Under the pieces are notes generated by a model, which worked only from the letters and a program-made list of their open reading frames with translations, did not search any database and was not told where the DNA came from. Position numbers and translations under genes: made by a program. A stretch of DNA of 53,340 nt from contig BLSG01000348.1 of NCBI GenBank assembly GCA_012862495.1, positions 8,404-61,743 on the forward strand. The letters run 5' to 3'. Numbering within the stretch: position 1 is the first letter of the stretch; every line of letters begins with the position of its first letter. The DNA is from Thraustochytrium aureum. Its lineage: Eukaryota. Shown piece by piece: positions 12,801-24,547 of this stretch.

Positions 12801-13050
12801 CTCAAGGCCGCAGGCCTTGGCCAAAGGATCGCAGTCGCCGGGGCTCGATGCGCCGCGCTCGCCCCTGAAACCGCGTTCTGGGGCTCCGCTGGTGCCTCAG
12901 CAAACTATGGCAGGCAGGGTCTCGGCGACCGTGGCCTCGCCAGGTCGCCCCGAGCAAGCAAAACCAACTCGTGTTGCGCCGGATTGCGCTGGGCCGGCCT
13001 GCCCTGCGCCGGTTTCGACGACACGAGCGTTTGAGGACGTGTTTTTCTGA
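9871..13050 (+). CDS. HFM1: Meiotic DExH helicase MER3/HFM1 (Ski2-like helicase plus Sec63 domain); 2 introns
   Basis: APTGAGKT, IYVCPTKAL, TTPEK, DEVH, SAT, FGPEFRPCPL, FMFDRDLN, GKPSLVFCTSRK, TTTLAQGVNLPA, QMIGRAGR. Introns begin gtaagt at ~10049 and gtgagt at ~10222. An extra base lies near 10157. The 3' end is 12868 or, with a frameshift, 13050. Confidence 0.88.
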
Positions 13051-13271
13051 ACAAAACAATCTGCGCAGACCGCTCGCGGCGGCAGAAGGCTTTTGCGTTG
13101 CGCTTGGCACTGCCCTGGAGCGACGGTACGCAGCACTGCGGCGAAAAGCTGCGCTGTGAGCGCTTTGCGCAAGCATCGCTCCAAGAGCTTTGCAGAAGCG
13201 GCACTCTGGGCGCTCCGCGCATGCTGCGCAGATAAGGCGAGACGAGAAACAGTGTTCCACGCATCCAAACC

Positions 13272-14385
13272 TTAGAACGGCGCCAGGCGCGTTGCGCCTC
13301 CGTTTTCGGCGCTGTTGGCGCCCTTGAGCTGGCCTGGCATCAGATTGCCTCGGCAAGGCGCCGCGCGGCCTGGGATGCGCTGGCTTTGCCGCGCAAACCA
13401 CGCGTGCGGCTTGCGGGCTTCGTCGAACCGGAGAGTACCCCACCGCGTGCTCGCACCGCGAAGGACCGGCGGCGCGTACTTGTGCGGTTGGCGCGGAAAC
13501 TTTGGCTTCAGCTCGAGCAAGGCGCCTTCGCGCGGGTCGCCGGCAGTGTGCACCTGGACGTGCGACCGCGGGATCCGGCAAAGCCGCTCGATCTCTGGCT
13601 GCTTGGATGCGCCAGCGCGCACTGCTGGAAGCGCGCAAAGTTGCACGGCACGAGCGAGGTCGCCATGAGTGATAGCGCCAGTTGGGATGCCGCAGTCGAT
13701 CCGGCTCTGGCCTGGCCGAGCCACGAGGCGCCCACCGGCCGGCCCGGTCACGACGTGATCAAGCTGGAGGCAGGTGTAGTCCAGGGCCGACTCGTCCAGT
13801 AGGGCCTCCGCCTCGTCCTGCTGGGCGCCGAGCGTGGCTTGCGCGCCGGAGACGTTGTCGNNNNNNNNNNNNNNNNNNNNNNNNNNNNNNNNNNNNNNNN
13901 NNNNNNNNNNNNNNNNNNNNNNNNNNNNNNNNNNNNNNNNNNNNNNNNNNNNNNNNNNNNNNNNNNNNNNNNNNNNNNNNNNNNNNNNNNNNNNNNNNNN
14001 NNNNNNNNNNNNNNNNNNNNNNNNNNNNNNNNNNNNNNNNNNNNNNNNNNNNNNNNNNNNNNNNNNNNNNNNNNNNNNNNNNNNNNNNNNNNNNNNNNNN
14101 NNNNNNNNNNNNNNNNNNNNNNNNNNNNNNNNNNNNNNNNNNNNNNNNNNNNNNNNNNNNNNNNNNNNNNNNNNNNNNNNNNNNNNNCTGCGCGGGCGCC
14201 CCGCGGCAGCGCCACGAGCGCCCGCATGTCTTGCCGCGCCGCTAGCGCATTCTCGACAAAGTTCTGAGCGGCTGCCCACGTGTCCTGGCCTCGGGCGCCC
14301 TGCTCCCACGCATCGGCCACGACGACCAGCCGCGCCATCGCCGCGAGCACGCGGGCACCACCTCTGCCAGCGCCTCCTCCGCCAT
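13272..14385 (-). CDS. Possible atypical SDR / NAD(P)-binding (NmrA/TIC62-like) protein; middle in gap
   Basis: ENALAARQDMRALV, then EAEALLDESALDYTCLQ and GAITHGDLA resemble the AE.LL..SGLDYT / I.R.DVA pattern of atypical SDRs. Start is uncertain. Confidence 0.45.
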
Positions 14386-14576
14386 GCGCGCGAGACGGTT
14401 CTGCTCGAGTCCGCGCCGGCACAGAACTAGATCGGACGCACGTTGGGCAGCCCGCTTGGGGCGATCGACGACAAGCGCTTCACTCCGTCCTCGCAAGTGG
14501 CCTGGCCGACTCGCTGGTCGGGAGGAGCGCCCGCCGGTGTGTGGTTGGTCAGTGGGTGGCGGCTGGGAGGCGGCAA

Positions 14577-14696
14577 GGGAAGGAAGGAAGGAAGGAGGGA
14601 GGGAGGGAAGGAAGATCGTGCGAGTCGAGCGAATGCCTCGGAACGGATGCCTTGATGGACGCCATGCTGCCGGCCTGCCTGCCTGCCTGCCTGCCT
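14577..14696. repeat. (GGAA/GGGA)n and (GCCT)n microsatellites
   Basis: Direct reading of the sequence. Confidence 0.85.
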
Positions 14697-17175
14697 ACCA
14701 GTGCCTGCCAGCCGCGTCCTTGATCCTGGCGGATCCTGCCTGGCCTCACGAGTCACACGATTGACGGGCGTTTTTGTGATTGATTGACTCTGCATGGCTT
14801 CAATCAAGTTGTTCTCGTCCTGTTCTTCTCTGTTGGACGAGCGAGCGAGCGTGGGGGTTGGACATTGGGGCCGCGAGGGAAAAAGAAAAGACAGGACTGA
14901 GCGCATCGCAGAGCAGCCCGGTGCGCACCGCAGATCGGGGAAGCCTCGCAAAGCAGCACCGCAGAACGGGCAGCGGGCGCATCTTGGGGCGGGGCGAGGC
15001 TCCGGAAAGCGAAACTGTGCTGCTGTCGCGGGCGGTAAAGATGCGCCTTGGATGCGACGATGCGCGCGGTACTCCCCCTGAAGGATGTCTCGCGGATACG
15101 CTTTCCTGCGCGTCCCTGAATTGCCAGCAGCTGCGAAACCCTGACGCAGACTTTCGCGCGCCCGACGGCATGTACACGCGGTGAAGGTGCTCTCGCGGCG
15201 CTTGTGCGAGGCTTGCGCGCGTGGATTCCGTCAGGCAGTTTGTTGTCGTTTGGCAGACCGTACGAGACGGCCTTGGCGGTACGAACGGAGGACTGACGCT
15301 CGCTCGCCAACAACTGCCTTGCCTGCCTCTTCTGCCTGTGGACGAACAGGCGTTACGACGATCAGCGACAACCGAGCCTCCCTCCAGGTCTCGTCCTGCC
15401 AGCTTGCTTGCTCGCTCGTGCCCTCCTTCTTCGTTGGGCTGGGCTGGGATGGGCCGGGCTGGGATGGGCCAATCGAGAGAGAGGACCGACGGCCTGGCTT
15501 TGCTGCGCTCGTGGACCACCGCCACACGGGCCTGCTTGCCCTGTCCAAGATCGAGCGGAAAGTACTCGACTCGGCAGCGCAGATCAGGCAGGTGCGAGGC
15601 CGCCTTGGACCAACGGCACCATCGAAGTGCGGACTGACGGGCGTGGCGGTGGCCCATTTGCTGTCGCCACGGCTCCTTCTGCGTTCGCTCCCCGCCGAGC
15701 GGCCCCGGATTCAAGGCGGGGGCGGTGATCTGCGCCGGATGGGGCGTCTACCGTATCTTGCGAGTTCGGACGGAGCCGCTCGGCAGGGCGTGCTTGCAGA
15801 GCGGAGGCGGCCAACGCAGCAGCGCCCGCCGCGCAGCTCCGCTCTCCCTTCGTCGAGCTGGGCCGAATTTCGCGAGGGTTGAGAGCGTTTGGGCCTGCTC
15901 TACTACAATCTCCGGGACAGCTTCAAACCTTGCCTCACTCACACTCGGCAAGAGGAAGGTATGCCCCAGCCAGCTCTGCCGCAGAGCCAGCCGGCCGGCC
16001 AGCCACGCACAAGGCGCCCGCCTTTGGTCTCTCTGGTGAGCTCTCACGCCCTGCTCGGAGGCCAGCCGCGTTTTGGCGTGTTTTTCGATTGTTTTGGCGT
16101 TCGAGACCGTTTTTGTTCGGGTTCTTCGCCTTTGACCGTGTGCCTTTCAGAGTACCGAATTGGCAGAATGGACGCGGCACCCGCAACTCGATTTCGACGC
16201 GGTGGCCGAGCACTGTTGGTTGCGAGTTGACGCGGGGAGGCGTGGAGTTGTCAGAGCCAGGCGAGCCGTGGCCGTCTGGCTGACGATGGCCTGCCCTCCG
16301 CATTTGAATTCCGATGCGTGCTCTGGCAGGCTGGGTGGGATTCCTCTGTCGGCCTGCATCGACTCGGAAAGAGGATCCGACCTCCTCAACGTCGATCAGC
16401 TGTTGAATAGACGGATCTGCGTACTCTATCTGCTCTGATGAGAATGCAAGTGTGCCGGGCGTCCGGTTGAACAGCGGACTGGGGCCCTCGGTTGCCGTTT
16501 TGCGATTGGCGTCGAAAACCTCGGGCAACAGACGCTGCGAGCAGCACACTCCCTCCACTACACGGGCGATCGGCGTCGACGGCGGTCAGTCCCTACACAG
16601 AATTGGTCTGGCACCCGAGGCTGGCCGGCCTGGCATCGAGCTCGAGTCCACTGAGCGACCTTTGCCAAGCGCCGAGTCGTCGCTTGCTAACTTGCTTGAC
16701 TCTGCTTGACGGCGTAGCGTATCAGAAGAGCGGCGCAGCCCAAGGAGGAGGAGGCAAGGGCTCTGAGAGAGAGGCGAGCATCCGAGTCCGTCAGCGAGTG
16801 AGTGGACTGAGAGCGTCTCCACCTGGCGGACGTGGGCCACGTGCTCGAGCCAAAAGCCAAGCTGGCCCCGCACGGTCACCTTCCGAGCAATCGCACATCG
16901 GTAAAGGCGTTTAGCCACCACAACGACGCCAGGCCCAGCCAGTCGCACACTGACCGGGGCGACGCGCAGAGCATCGACTCGAGTGAGGACGCACCCCCAC
17001 GCATCATCATTGCTGTCGTCGAATTGCCAGCCTCGATCGAGACTCGAGCGCAGTCCTGCAAGAAAACAGAACTCAAAAGCCGCGACCGGCTAGCTAGCTA
17101 GCGTGCAGCAGTACCCAAACGCAGTGCAACCGCAAGAGCGCTCGCTGCCCAGCGACGAGAAATCAACGAGGACCC

Positions 17176-17176
17176 C

Positions 17177-17208
<32 letters not shown>

Positions 17209-17218
17209 CAACAACAAC
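17176..17218. repeat. (CCA)n-(CAA)n trinucleotide microsatellite
   Basis: ccaccaccaccacca followed by about 9 caa units. Confidence 0.9.
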
Positions 17219-17251
17219 CCAGCGCCAACCGGGCGCCGAACGAGCAACAGG

Positions 17252-18535
17252 ATGTGCAACGCACTTTGCGGAGCGGAGGCCGGCTGCAAAGCAGAGCCCG
17301 GCCCCGCCTCGAACTGCGATGCCGCCCACACCGTGCGCTTTGTCGAGACAGACTTTAGGGAGATTTACCAGCGCAACAACAAGCGCGGCGGGCTGAAAAA
17401 CCTGCGGTGCTTCCCCAACTGCGCTGCCGCGCACAAGGAGCGAGGATTTTGCGGCCGGTCCGTCAAGGTCGACGTTTCGGGGATCCCGGCCGACCGCGTC
17501 CTCTGCTTTGCCCAGTTCCTGCGTGCAGATCAACACGACGACACCTCCGCGGGCCTCAACCCGCGCGTCGGCGACACTGTCTCGCTCAGCCAGCTTGCGG
17601 CGCTCGAGCGCTCACCAAACGAGGTCACCAAGCCCCTGATCCGCGGGGAGGGCCTCCAGCGACGGCGCCATGCACGAGTTCAACCGCAAGCTCAAAGGTT
17701 GGCACTACGGCTGGGCCGCCAACAAGCACTCTTGCAACGCCGAGCACTGCTTCAAGGTGTACGCTTTCGAGAGGCTCACCGCGGCCGGTGACGAGGACAA
17801 GCTGGTGTGCCGCGCCACCTGCATTTCGCGCTCGTTCATGCTCTTTTGCCGCCGCCGCCGACGCTTCCAGATTGCCCCGTCGGCGCCCATCGCCAAGCCC
17901 AACCAGTCGCGACGCAACCAGCGCGCAAACCTGACCCGAATCAAGGCGAAGGCCGCGGCCGCTGCCGCGGCCGCCGCCACCGCGACCGTCATCAACGCCG
18001 ACTGCTCCTCGCCCACGGCGAGCGCGTCGGCAACCTCGTGCCTCGACTTCCCTATCGATGCTCCAAAGCACCTGGGTGCGACTGCAAAGCGGAAANNNNN
18101 NNNNNNNNNNNNNNNNNNNNNNNNNNNNNNNNNNNNNNNNNNNNNNNNNNNNNNNNNNNNNNNNNNNNNNNNNNNNNNNNNNNNNNNNNNNNNNNNNNNN
18201 NNNNNNNNNNNNNNNNNNNNNNNNNNNNNNNNNNNNNNNNNNNNNNNNNNNNNNNNNNNNNNNNNNNNNNNNNNNNNNNNNNNNNNNNNNNNNNNNNNNN
18301 NNNNNNNNNNNNNNNNNNNNNNNNNNNNNNNNNNNNNNNNNNNNNCTCGTCCGAGGCAGAATCGCTTTCAACGTACTCGTCTGAGGAAGACCGCGAGCTG
18401 CTCAGCTTTGATCTGTTTGATGACCTCGAGCCGCTTCCGAGCAGTTCCCAGATCCCGGGCGACGACGAGGACGAGCTGATTGTGCCAGGTTTTGACCTCC
18501 GCGACTTTGAGTTTGACAGCCTCGTCGCCGCATGA
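17252..18535 (+). CDS. Uncharacterised Cys/His-rich protein, putative transcription factor; frameshift ~17650, gap inside
   Basis: YQRNNKRGGLKNLRCFPNC..H...GFCG continues, after removing one G, into GWHYGWAANKHSC..EHCFKVYAF...SRSFMLFCRRRRR. Followed by poly-Ala and an acidic C-terminus. Strong GC3 codon bias. Confidence 0.7.
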
Positions 18536-18824
18536 CGGCCGGCGCCCGTTTTGAAACCCAAGCCTGCACCTCGTGCCCGAGTGTCTCTTTTTTGTCGGCG
18601 TTGTGCCTACGTCATTGTCTCCCGGTCGCACGTGTGGCCTACTGAAAAAAAAGCTCATCTATTTATTGTGTCACTTATCCACCGCGCTTCCACCGCGCTC
18701 GTAGAAGCTGCGGCCTTGGCCTGCCAGTGCTGTCAAAAGCAAGCTCTTGCTCTAGCTTGAGCCAGAGACAGAGAAGAGCTGCATCCACGCTTGCCAAGAA
18801 AAACAAGAAAAGGTCGTCGGAATC

Positions 18825-19814
18825 TCAATGCTGCTTTTGCTCAAGCTCCTCGGCGCCACCGGCGCTTCGCGCGTTTACGACCTCAGCGCCAGCAGCGCCC
18901 ACACCGGCAGGCTTTGAATGCAAGACGCGCACGCCAAGGTACAGCTTCTTTGCGCTCTCGAGGCGGAACGCTTTGCGCGCGGGGTCGATTGGCTTTTGGT
19001 ATATCTCCAACAGCTTGGGCCCCGCCTTGGTCACCTCATCCATCTCGAGCAGCGCCCAGCACTTGGTACTGTTCTTGCGTTTCTTGGGCTTGTAGTGCAC
19101 AAACTCCAGAAAGATCGCCGCGTCTGCTCGGGCGAGCTCCTCCAGCGGCGTTTGGACATGCACGATCGTGTTTAGGTCGACTCGATACCGCACCTGCTTT
19201 TCCGCGAAGGGCGTTTCCTGTTTGGGCTCCAAGCTCGCCCCGTTGCCGTCCAAAACGGAAACGCGGACAAATGCGTTGATAAACTCTTCGGCGTTCTTGA
19301 TCCCGATGCTCCCGACGTCGATGGAGACGAGGACCTGGCCTGGCTCGCCCTGCGGCCGTGGGATGAGCAGACCGCCAGGCTTGGTGCGCTGGTCCAGCTT
19401 GAGCTCGCTCGGGTCCGCCCAAAACCTCGTCGAAAAGCAGGGCAGGGCGCTGGCGTTGACGGGAAAGGGCTTGCGCTCGCGCCCTGGGCTGGCGAATAAG
19501 TCGTCCACGGCGCGGACAACCAGCTTCATGTCCTCCGACGAAACAAGGCCGTCCGCGTCGGTCGCAGTCAGCGCTCCGCTCCTCGTCTTCAATACACAAA
19601 CAAGCGAGTGCAGCAGATCGTTGTCCTCGGCGCCGAGGCCGAGCTGCGGTGCCGCTTCGACCATCGTCGTGGCCAGCTGCTCGTACCCGTCCACAGCCTC
19701 AATCACCTGGCCCCAGAGGTCTGACTTGACATACTCGGCCAGCTGCTTTAGCCATAGCTCGCGTAGCTTGACGCGCTCGCCGTCGCTGCCCTTGGCCCCC
19801 ACGTCGTCCGCCAT
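18825..19814 (-). CDS. AIDA: Axin interactor, dorsalization-associated protein (AIDA; N-terminal helical plus C2 domain)
   Basis: DLWGQVIEAVDGY (Aida_N); AIFLEFVHYKPKKRKNSTKCWALLEMDE and LEIYQKPID (Aida C2). Confidence 0.9.
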   Translation of the reverse strand: MADDVGAKGSDGERVKLRELWLKQLAEYVKSDLWGQVIEAVDGYEQLATTMVEAAPQLGLGAEDNDLLHSLVCVLKTRSGALTATDADGLVSSEDMKLVVRAVDDLFASPGRERKPFPVNASALPCFSTRFWADPSELKLDQRTKPGGLLIPRPQGEPGQVLVSIDVGSIGIKNAEEFINAFVRVSVLDGNGASLEPKQETPFAEKQVRYRVDLNTIVHVQTPLEELARADAAIFLEFVHYKPKKRKNSTKCWALLEMDEVTKAGPKLLEIYQKPIDPARKAFRLESAKKLYLGVRVLHSKPAGVGAAGAEVVNARSAGGAEELEQKQH

Positions 19815-20825
19815 CGCCGGCAGCCCGAGCGCGGCAGCGTTTTCAGGGCGGCCTGCTGCCTTTGCACTGCGGTATCCAACCTGCGGCTTTCGCACTGCTC
19901 CCAGGGCGCTCGCCGAAAGGGCGCGCGCAGCTCCAAAGCAGAATGCGCAACGATCGTCAGCGACCGCTCGAGGCCTGCAGCCCGCTCGGCGGCCTTTGTC
20001 GCATGCGTCAATCGCCCAATCGGCCGCGTCCGAGCAGCGCATTTGACCGTTTCACTGGGACAGTGGCCGGACGCCCTCCGTCCGGCCATGGTGCCCGAGC
20101 CTCGAACGAACGAGTGCGGCCGACGCAAGCTGAGCTTGAGAGGCGGGCCTCCTTGCCCTGTGGAGCGAGCGCTTCACTGNNNNNNNNNNNNNNNNNNNNN
20201 NNNNNNNNNNNNNNNNNNNNNNNNNNNNNNNNNNNNNNNNNNNNNNNNNNNNNNNNNNNNNNNNNNNNNNNNNNNNNNNNNNNNNNNNNNNNNNNCTCCT
20301 TGCCAGTGGAGCGAGCGCTTCACTGCGCTACGATGGACTGGAGGAGACGAGCCGGCCGGTCGGCTGATGCGTGCGACGAGTGCGGACAAAGCATTTTTTA
20401 ATACTGCAGCGGGCCTGCCCTGCTCGGGAGCTTGATTGGTCCCGCAAGGTTGGAGCTTCGCAGCGTGCGGGCTTGCAGCTGCTGCCGGGGCGATTGTAAG
20501 GACACCAGGAGTACCTCAGTGGCCTCAACCTTTTCTTGGGCCAGCCCGGCGCTTTCTTTGGTCGGATTCTTGTTCTTGTCGTCAAATCAAAAATGCGCCC
20601 AACGCTGGGCAAGTAGGTAGCCCACGGGTCGGTGCCCCGAATGCAGGGCGACAAGCTCTGCCGGCAGGTTTGCGCCTGCTCGATGCTTCATCCTGCCGGA
20701 CGAGCGGCCGGGCGTCGCCAATTGTAGCTCTGTTGAAAATTATAGAAATTGTTTTTGGCTCGCTCGCGCGCGCCTCATTCGCCGCGGCCCGCTCTCTCTA
20801 CTAGAGAGACTCTGTGGAGTACCGC

Positions 20826-21216
20826 CTAGAGCCTGCTGGCTACCGTATCTGCGACGATCTCGCCCACGCAAAAGTGGCGCATATGGGCCCTGGCGCGCTC
20901 AGAGTGCCGAACAAGCTCAAACTCGGTCGTCAAGTCCTCGCCGTGGTGCTCGAGTAAAAAGTCTGCGCGACAGTGTCAGTCGGGCGTCTCGTACGATGCG
21001 CCAGCGCGGCCCACTCACCTCCACCAGGGTGCTCGTCGTTCCAAGCCGCAAGGTCAAAGATCCTGCCTGCGATCACCACGAGACACTCGCCCTCGCGGGC
21101 CCGCCGGCTCTGGCCTGGAACTCTGCCTTGGTGAGACGTCCCACGCTCGGCAGCGAGCCTGCTTCGGGCGCCCAAAGCTGCTGCTCCGAGCGATCCTCGT
21201 CAGCACCGCGCGCCAT
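20826..21216 (-). CDS. Small cytochrome b5-like heme-binding protein; intron 20963-21018; probable frameshift ~21100
   Basis: Spliced product CLVVIAGRIFDLAAWNDEHPGG|DFLLEHHGEDLTTEFELVRHSERARAHMRHFCVGEI has both axial His. The intron reads gtgagt...ctgac...cag. Confidence 0.88.
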
Positions 21217-21261
21217 GGTCCCCATGGTTTTGGAGGTTCAATGTGGCTTGGCGCCCAAGTC

Positions 21262-22032
21262 CTACCCTTCGGTTTCAGGAATACGCAACACCAACTCCAC
21301 GCGAGTAGAGTACTCCTGTTGAGTCCCTTGTGGTGGGCCTTCTCCTGCTGGTGCAGGACGGAGCTCAACGTCTGCAGAACAAGTACAGGCACTTGCTTGG
21401 TCCACCGCGGCAATCGGCAACGGGCCGGCCGCAGGCTTGTCTACTAGTAGTGGGTCGCGGTAGAGGACGTCGAAAAAATGCCACACGCTCAGCTCACCGA
21501 CAAATTGAGTGCAATCGATCAGCTCGCGGTGAGTACCGGTACTCGGAGCGCTCCAGTGTTGTGCGGCTCGCCTGAGATGACCATCTCTTATGCAGTAGAA
21601 TCAAACAAGGTACACTGGATGGTGGCTCTTCACGGGCGCGAGCGACGCGACCGAAGGCAAGACGGACTGCATGTACGTGTGATGCAGCTCCTCGCTCTCG
21701 CCCCACACGTGCGGCCACCACTTGAACAGGGCTGGCTGCCCGTGCTTCTGGGCAAGAACTTGCAAGTGCAGCTCGAGTTGCGCAGTCACTGCTCGCTTGG
21801 GGAACACCGCGCAGCCACCTGCAGAGCCGTACCCGAGCGCGGCATTGTCAAAGCGGCATGGCACCACCTTGGCCGGGGCCGGCTTTAGAGAGGCGAAATC
21901 GCGACTCAGGACGCGAAAGTCGGCAGGGATCCCGAAAATGCAAGCGTCCGCGAATTGTTTGACGGGGCGGGCCATGGAGGCGCTGTTGCTCGCAGACGAC
22001 TGCAAGTGGATCGTCCCGCCGTCCTCGCCGCC
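21262..22032 (-). CDS. Unknown ORF, 5' end in gap, interrupted by an in-frame TGA at 21601-21603
   Basis: About 255 codons open in one frame apart from a single TGA; no family recognised. Confidence 0.35.
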
Positions 22033-22805
22033 NNNNNNNNNNNNNNNNNNNNNNNNNNNNNNNNNNNNNNNNNNNNNNNNNNNNNNNNNNNNNNNNNNNN
22101 NNNNNNNNNNNNNNNNNNNNNNNNNNNNNNNNNNNNNNNNNNNNNNNNNNNNNNNNNNNNNNNNNNNNNNNNNNNNNNNNNNNNNNNNNNNNNNNNNNNN
22201 NNNNNNNNNNNNNNNNNNNNNNNNNNNNNNNNNNNNNNNNNNNNNNNNNNNNNNNNNNNNNNNNNNNNNNNNNNNNNNNNNNNNNNNNNNNNNNNNNNNN
22301 NNNNNNNNNNNNNNNNNNNNNNNNNNNNNNNNNNNNNNNNNNNNNNNNNNNNNNNNNNNNNNNNNNNNNNNNNNNNNNNNNNNNNNNNNNNNNNNNNNNN
22401 NNNNNNNNNNNNNNNNNNNNNNNNNNNNNNNNNNNNNNNNNNNNNNNNNNNNNNNNNNNNNNNNNNNNNNNNNNNNNNNNNNNNNNNNNNNNNNNNNNNN
22501 NNNNNNNNNNNNNNNNNNNNNNNNNNNNNNNNNNNNNNNNNNNNNNNNNNNNNNNNNNNNNNNNNNNNNNNNNNNNNNNNNNNNNNNNNNNNNNNNNNNN
22601 NNNNNNNNNNNNNNNNNNNNNNNNNNNNNNNNNNNNNNNNNNNNNNNNNNNNNNNNNNNNNNNNNNNNNNNNNNNNNNNNNNNNNNNNNNNNNNNNNNNN
22701 NNNNNNNNNNNNNNNNNNNNNNNNNNNNNNNNTGCGCTGAGAGGCGCGCTGCTCGCGTGAGAGGGGCCTGAGAGGGCGCGCCTGCCCGGCTGACGGCGCG
22801 AGCGG

Positions 22806-23060
22806 ATGCATGCATGCACGCACGCATGCATGCATGAATGAATGAGTGAGTGGATGAGTGAGTGAAGGAAGGATGCATGCATGAATGAGGTTGCGGTTTT
22901 GCTTTCGCGAAACGCCTCTTTTCCCCTCCTGCGCAAGGAGGTTTTGGCGTCGAGTTGGCAGACTTGCACGGCGCTGTCAAACAGTCCATCAGCAGCATCA
23001 GGCACGCAGTCGCTCTCGCTGGCAGGCACGCAGGCAGGCAGGCAGGCAGGCAGGCAGGCA
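22806..23060. repeat. (ATGC)n, (TGAA/TGAG)n and (GCAG)n microsatellite cluster upstream of G-beta
   Basis: Direct reading of the sequence. Confidence 0.85.
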
Positions 23061-23255
23061 CGCAGGCAGTTTGCTTGTTTGACGCGGCAGACGCGGCAGG
23101 GCTGGTTGGCGTGGCAGCGTACGGGCTGTGTCGCCAGCGTGTTGACGCGAAGCGCGCGGGTGGTTTCGTCGGACGCGGTCGGGCGAGGTTGTGGCCGGGG
23201 CGGCCAGATCGAGCGCGAGTAGCAGAGTCGTGGCAAACGCGCGAGGGTAGACAGG

Positions 23256-24547
23256 ATGGACGAGACGAAGAGCAAGCTCGCCGCGCTCAAGGATGAGCTG
23301 CAGGCGCTCAAGGAGCAGGGGCAGAACGGCTGCTTTGAGACGCAGCCGATGCCCGCGCTGAGCAATGGCAACATGAAGGCGCGTCGGCAACTCCGCGGCC
23401 ATTTCGGCAAGGTGTATGCAATGCAGTGGGCCGGCGCCAGCGCCGCCGAAGAGGTTGTCTCCGCCTCGCAGGACGGCAAGCTCATCGTGTGGAACGCCAA
23501 CACGACGCTCAAGAAGCAGGCTATCCCTCTCCGCTCGTCGTGGGTGATGACGTGCGCTTTTGAGGAGAACGGAAGTAAGTTTGTTTATTCTTGCCGCGCG
23601 CGGCTTGCAGGCGGGGGCGCGGCTTGCAGGCGGGGCTTGCAGAAGCCAGAGGGTCCGCGCTAACAGATCTGGTCCCTCCTGCGGCACTCCTTCGCGCCAA
23701 CAGACCAAATGGTCGCGTGCGGTGGTCTTGACAACCTGTGCTCAATCTACAAGGTCGACCCCGAGGCAGTGGCGGGGCGCGCGCACAAGGAGTTGCAGGC
23801 CCACGACGGGTACCTCTCGTGCTGCCGGTTCATCGGCGACAAGAACATCATCACCTCTTCGGGCGACTCTACCTGCATCTACTGGGACGTGGAGAGGGCA
23901 GAGGCGCTCACGACCTTCAACAACCACAACGGCGACGTTATGAGCGTGGCCGTGCACCCAACCGACTCCAACCTCTTCATTAGCGGCAGCGTCGACGCGA
24001 CCTGCAAGCTCTTCGACATCCGCAACGGCAAGTGCGCCATGACCTTCGCCGGCCACGAGTCCGACATTAATGCTGTCTCGTTCTTCCCGAACGGCCTCTG
24101 CTTTGGCTCTGGCTCCGACGACTCGTCGTGCCGCCTCTTCGACTTGCGCTCGTACCAGGAGCTCAACAGCTTCATGTCGGACCGCATTCTCTGCGGAATC
24201 ACCTCCGTGGCCTTTTCCAAGTCGGGCCGCCTTCTCTTTGCCGGGTACGACGACTACTCGTGCCACGCCTGGGACGTCACCAAGCCCAGCGCTGGCAGCC
24301 CGCTCTTCTCGCAGGAGAAGGGCCAGGGCCACGAGAACCGCGTCAGCTGCCTCGGTGTCAGGTACGTTTATGCTTTGCTTTTGGAGTGTCTGCGCCTTGT
24401 CGCGCTTGCTCGACCTCGTTTGCCCTCGCTGCTCGCTTGATCGCGTGCCGATACTGACCGACGCTCCACTGCCTCAAACACTATAGCGCCACTGGGGACG
24501 CCCTCTGCACGGGCAGCTGGGACACCCTCCTCAAGGTCTACGCCTAG
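23256..24547 (+). CDS. GNB: Heterotrimeric G-protein beta subunit; introns 23575-23703 and 24362-24486
   Basis: [79 protein letters not shown]. Splicing both introns keeps the frame. Confidence 0.98.

Noticed and set aside
23599..23642. Repeated gcggcttgcaggcgggg units in G-beta intron 1
   Set aside because: A short intronic tandem repeat with no evidence of an RNA gene
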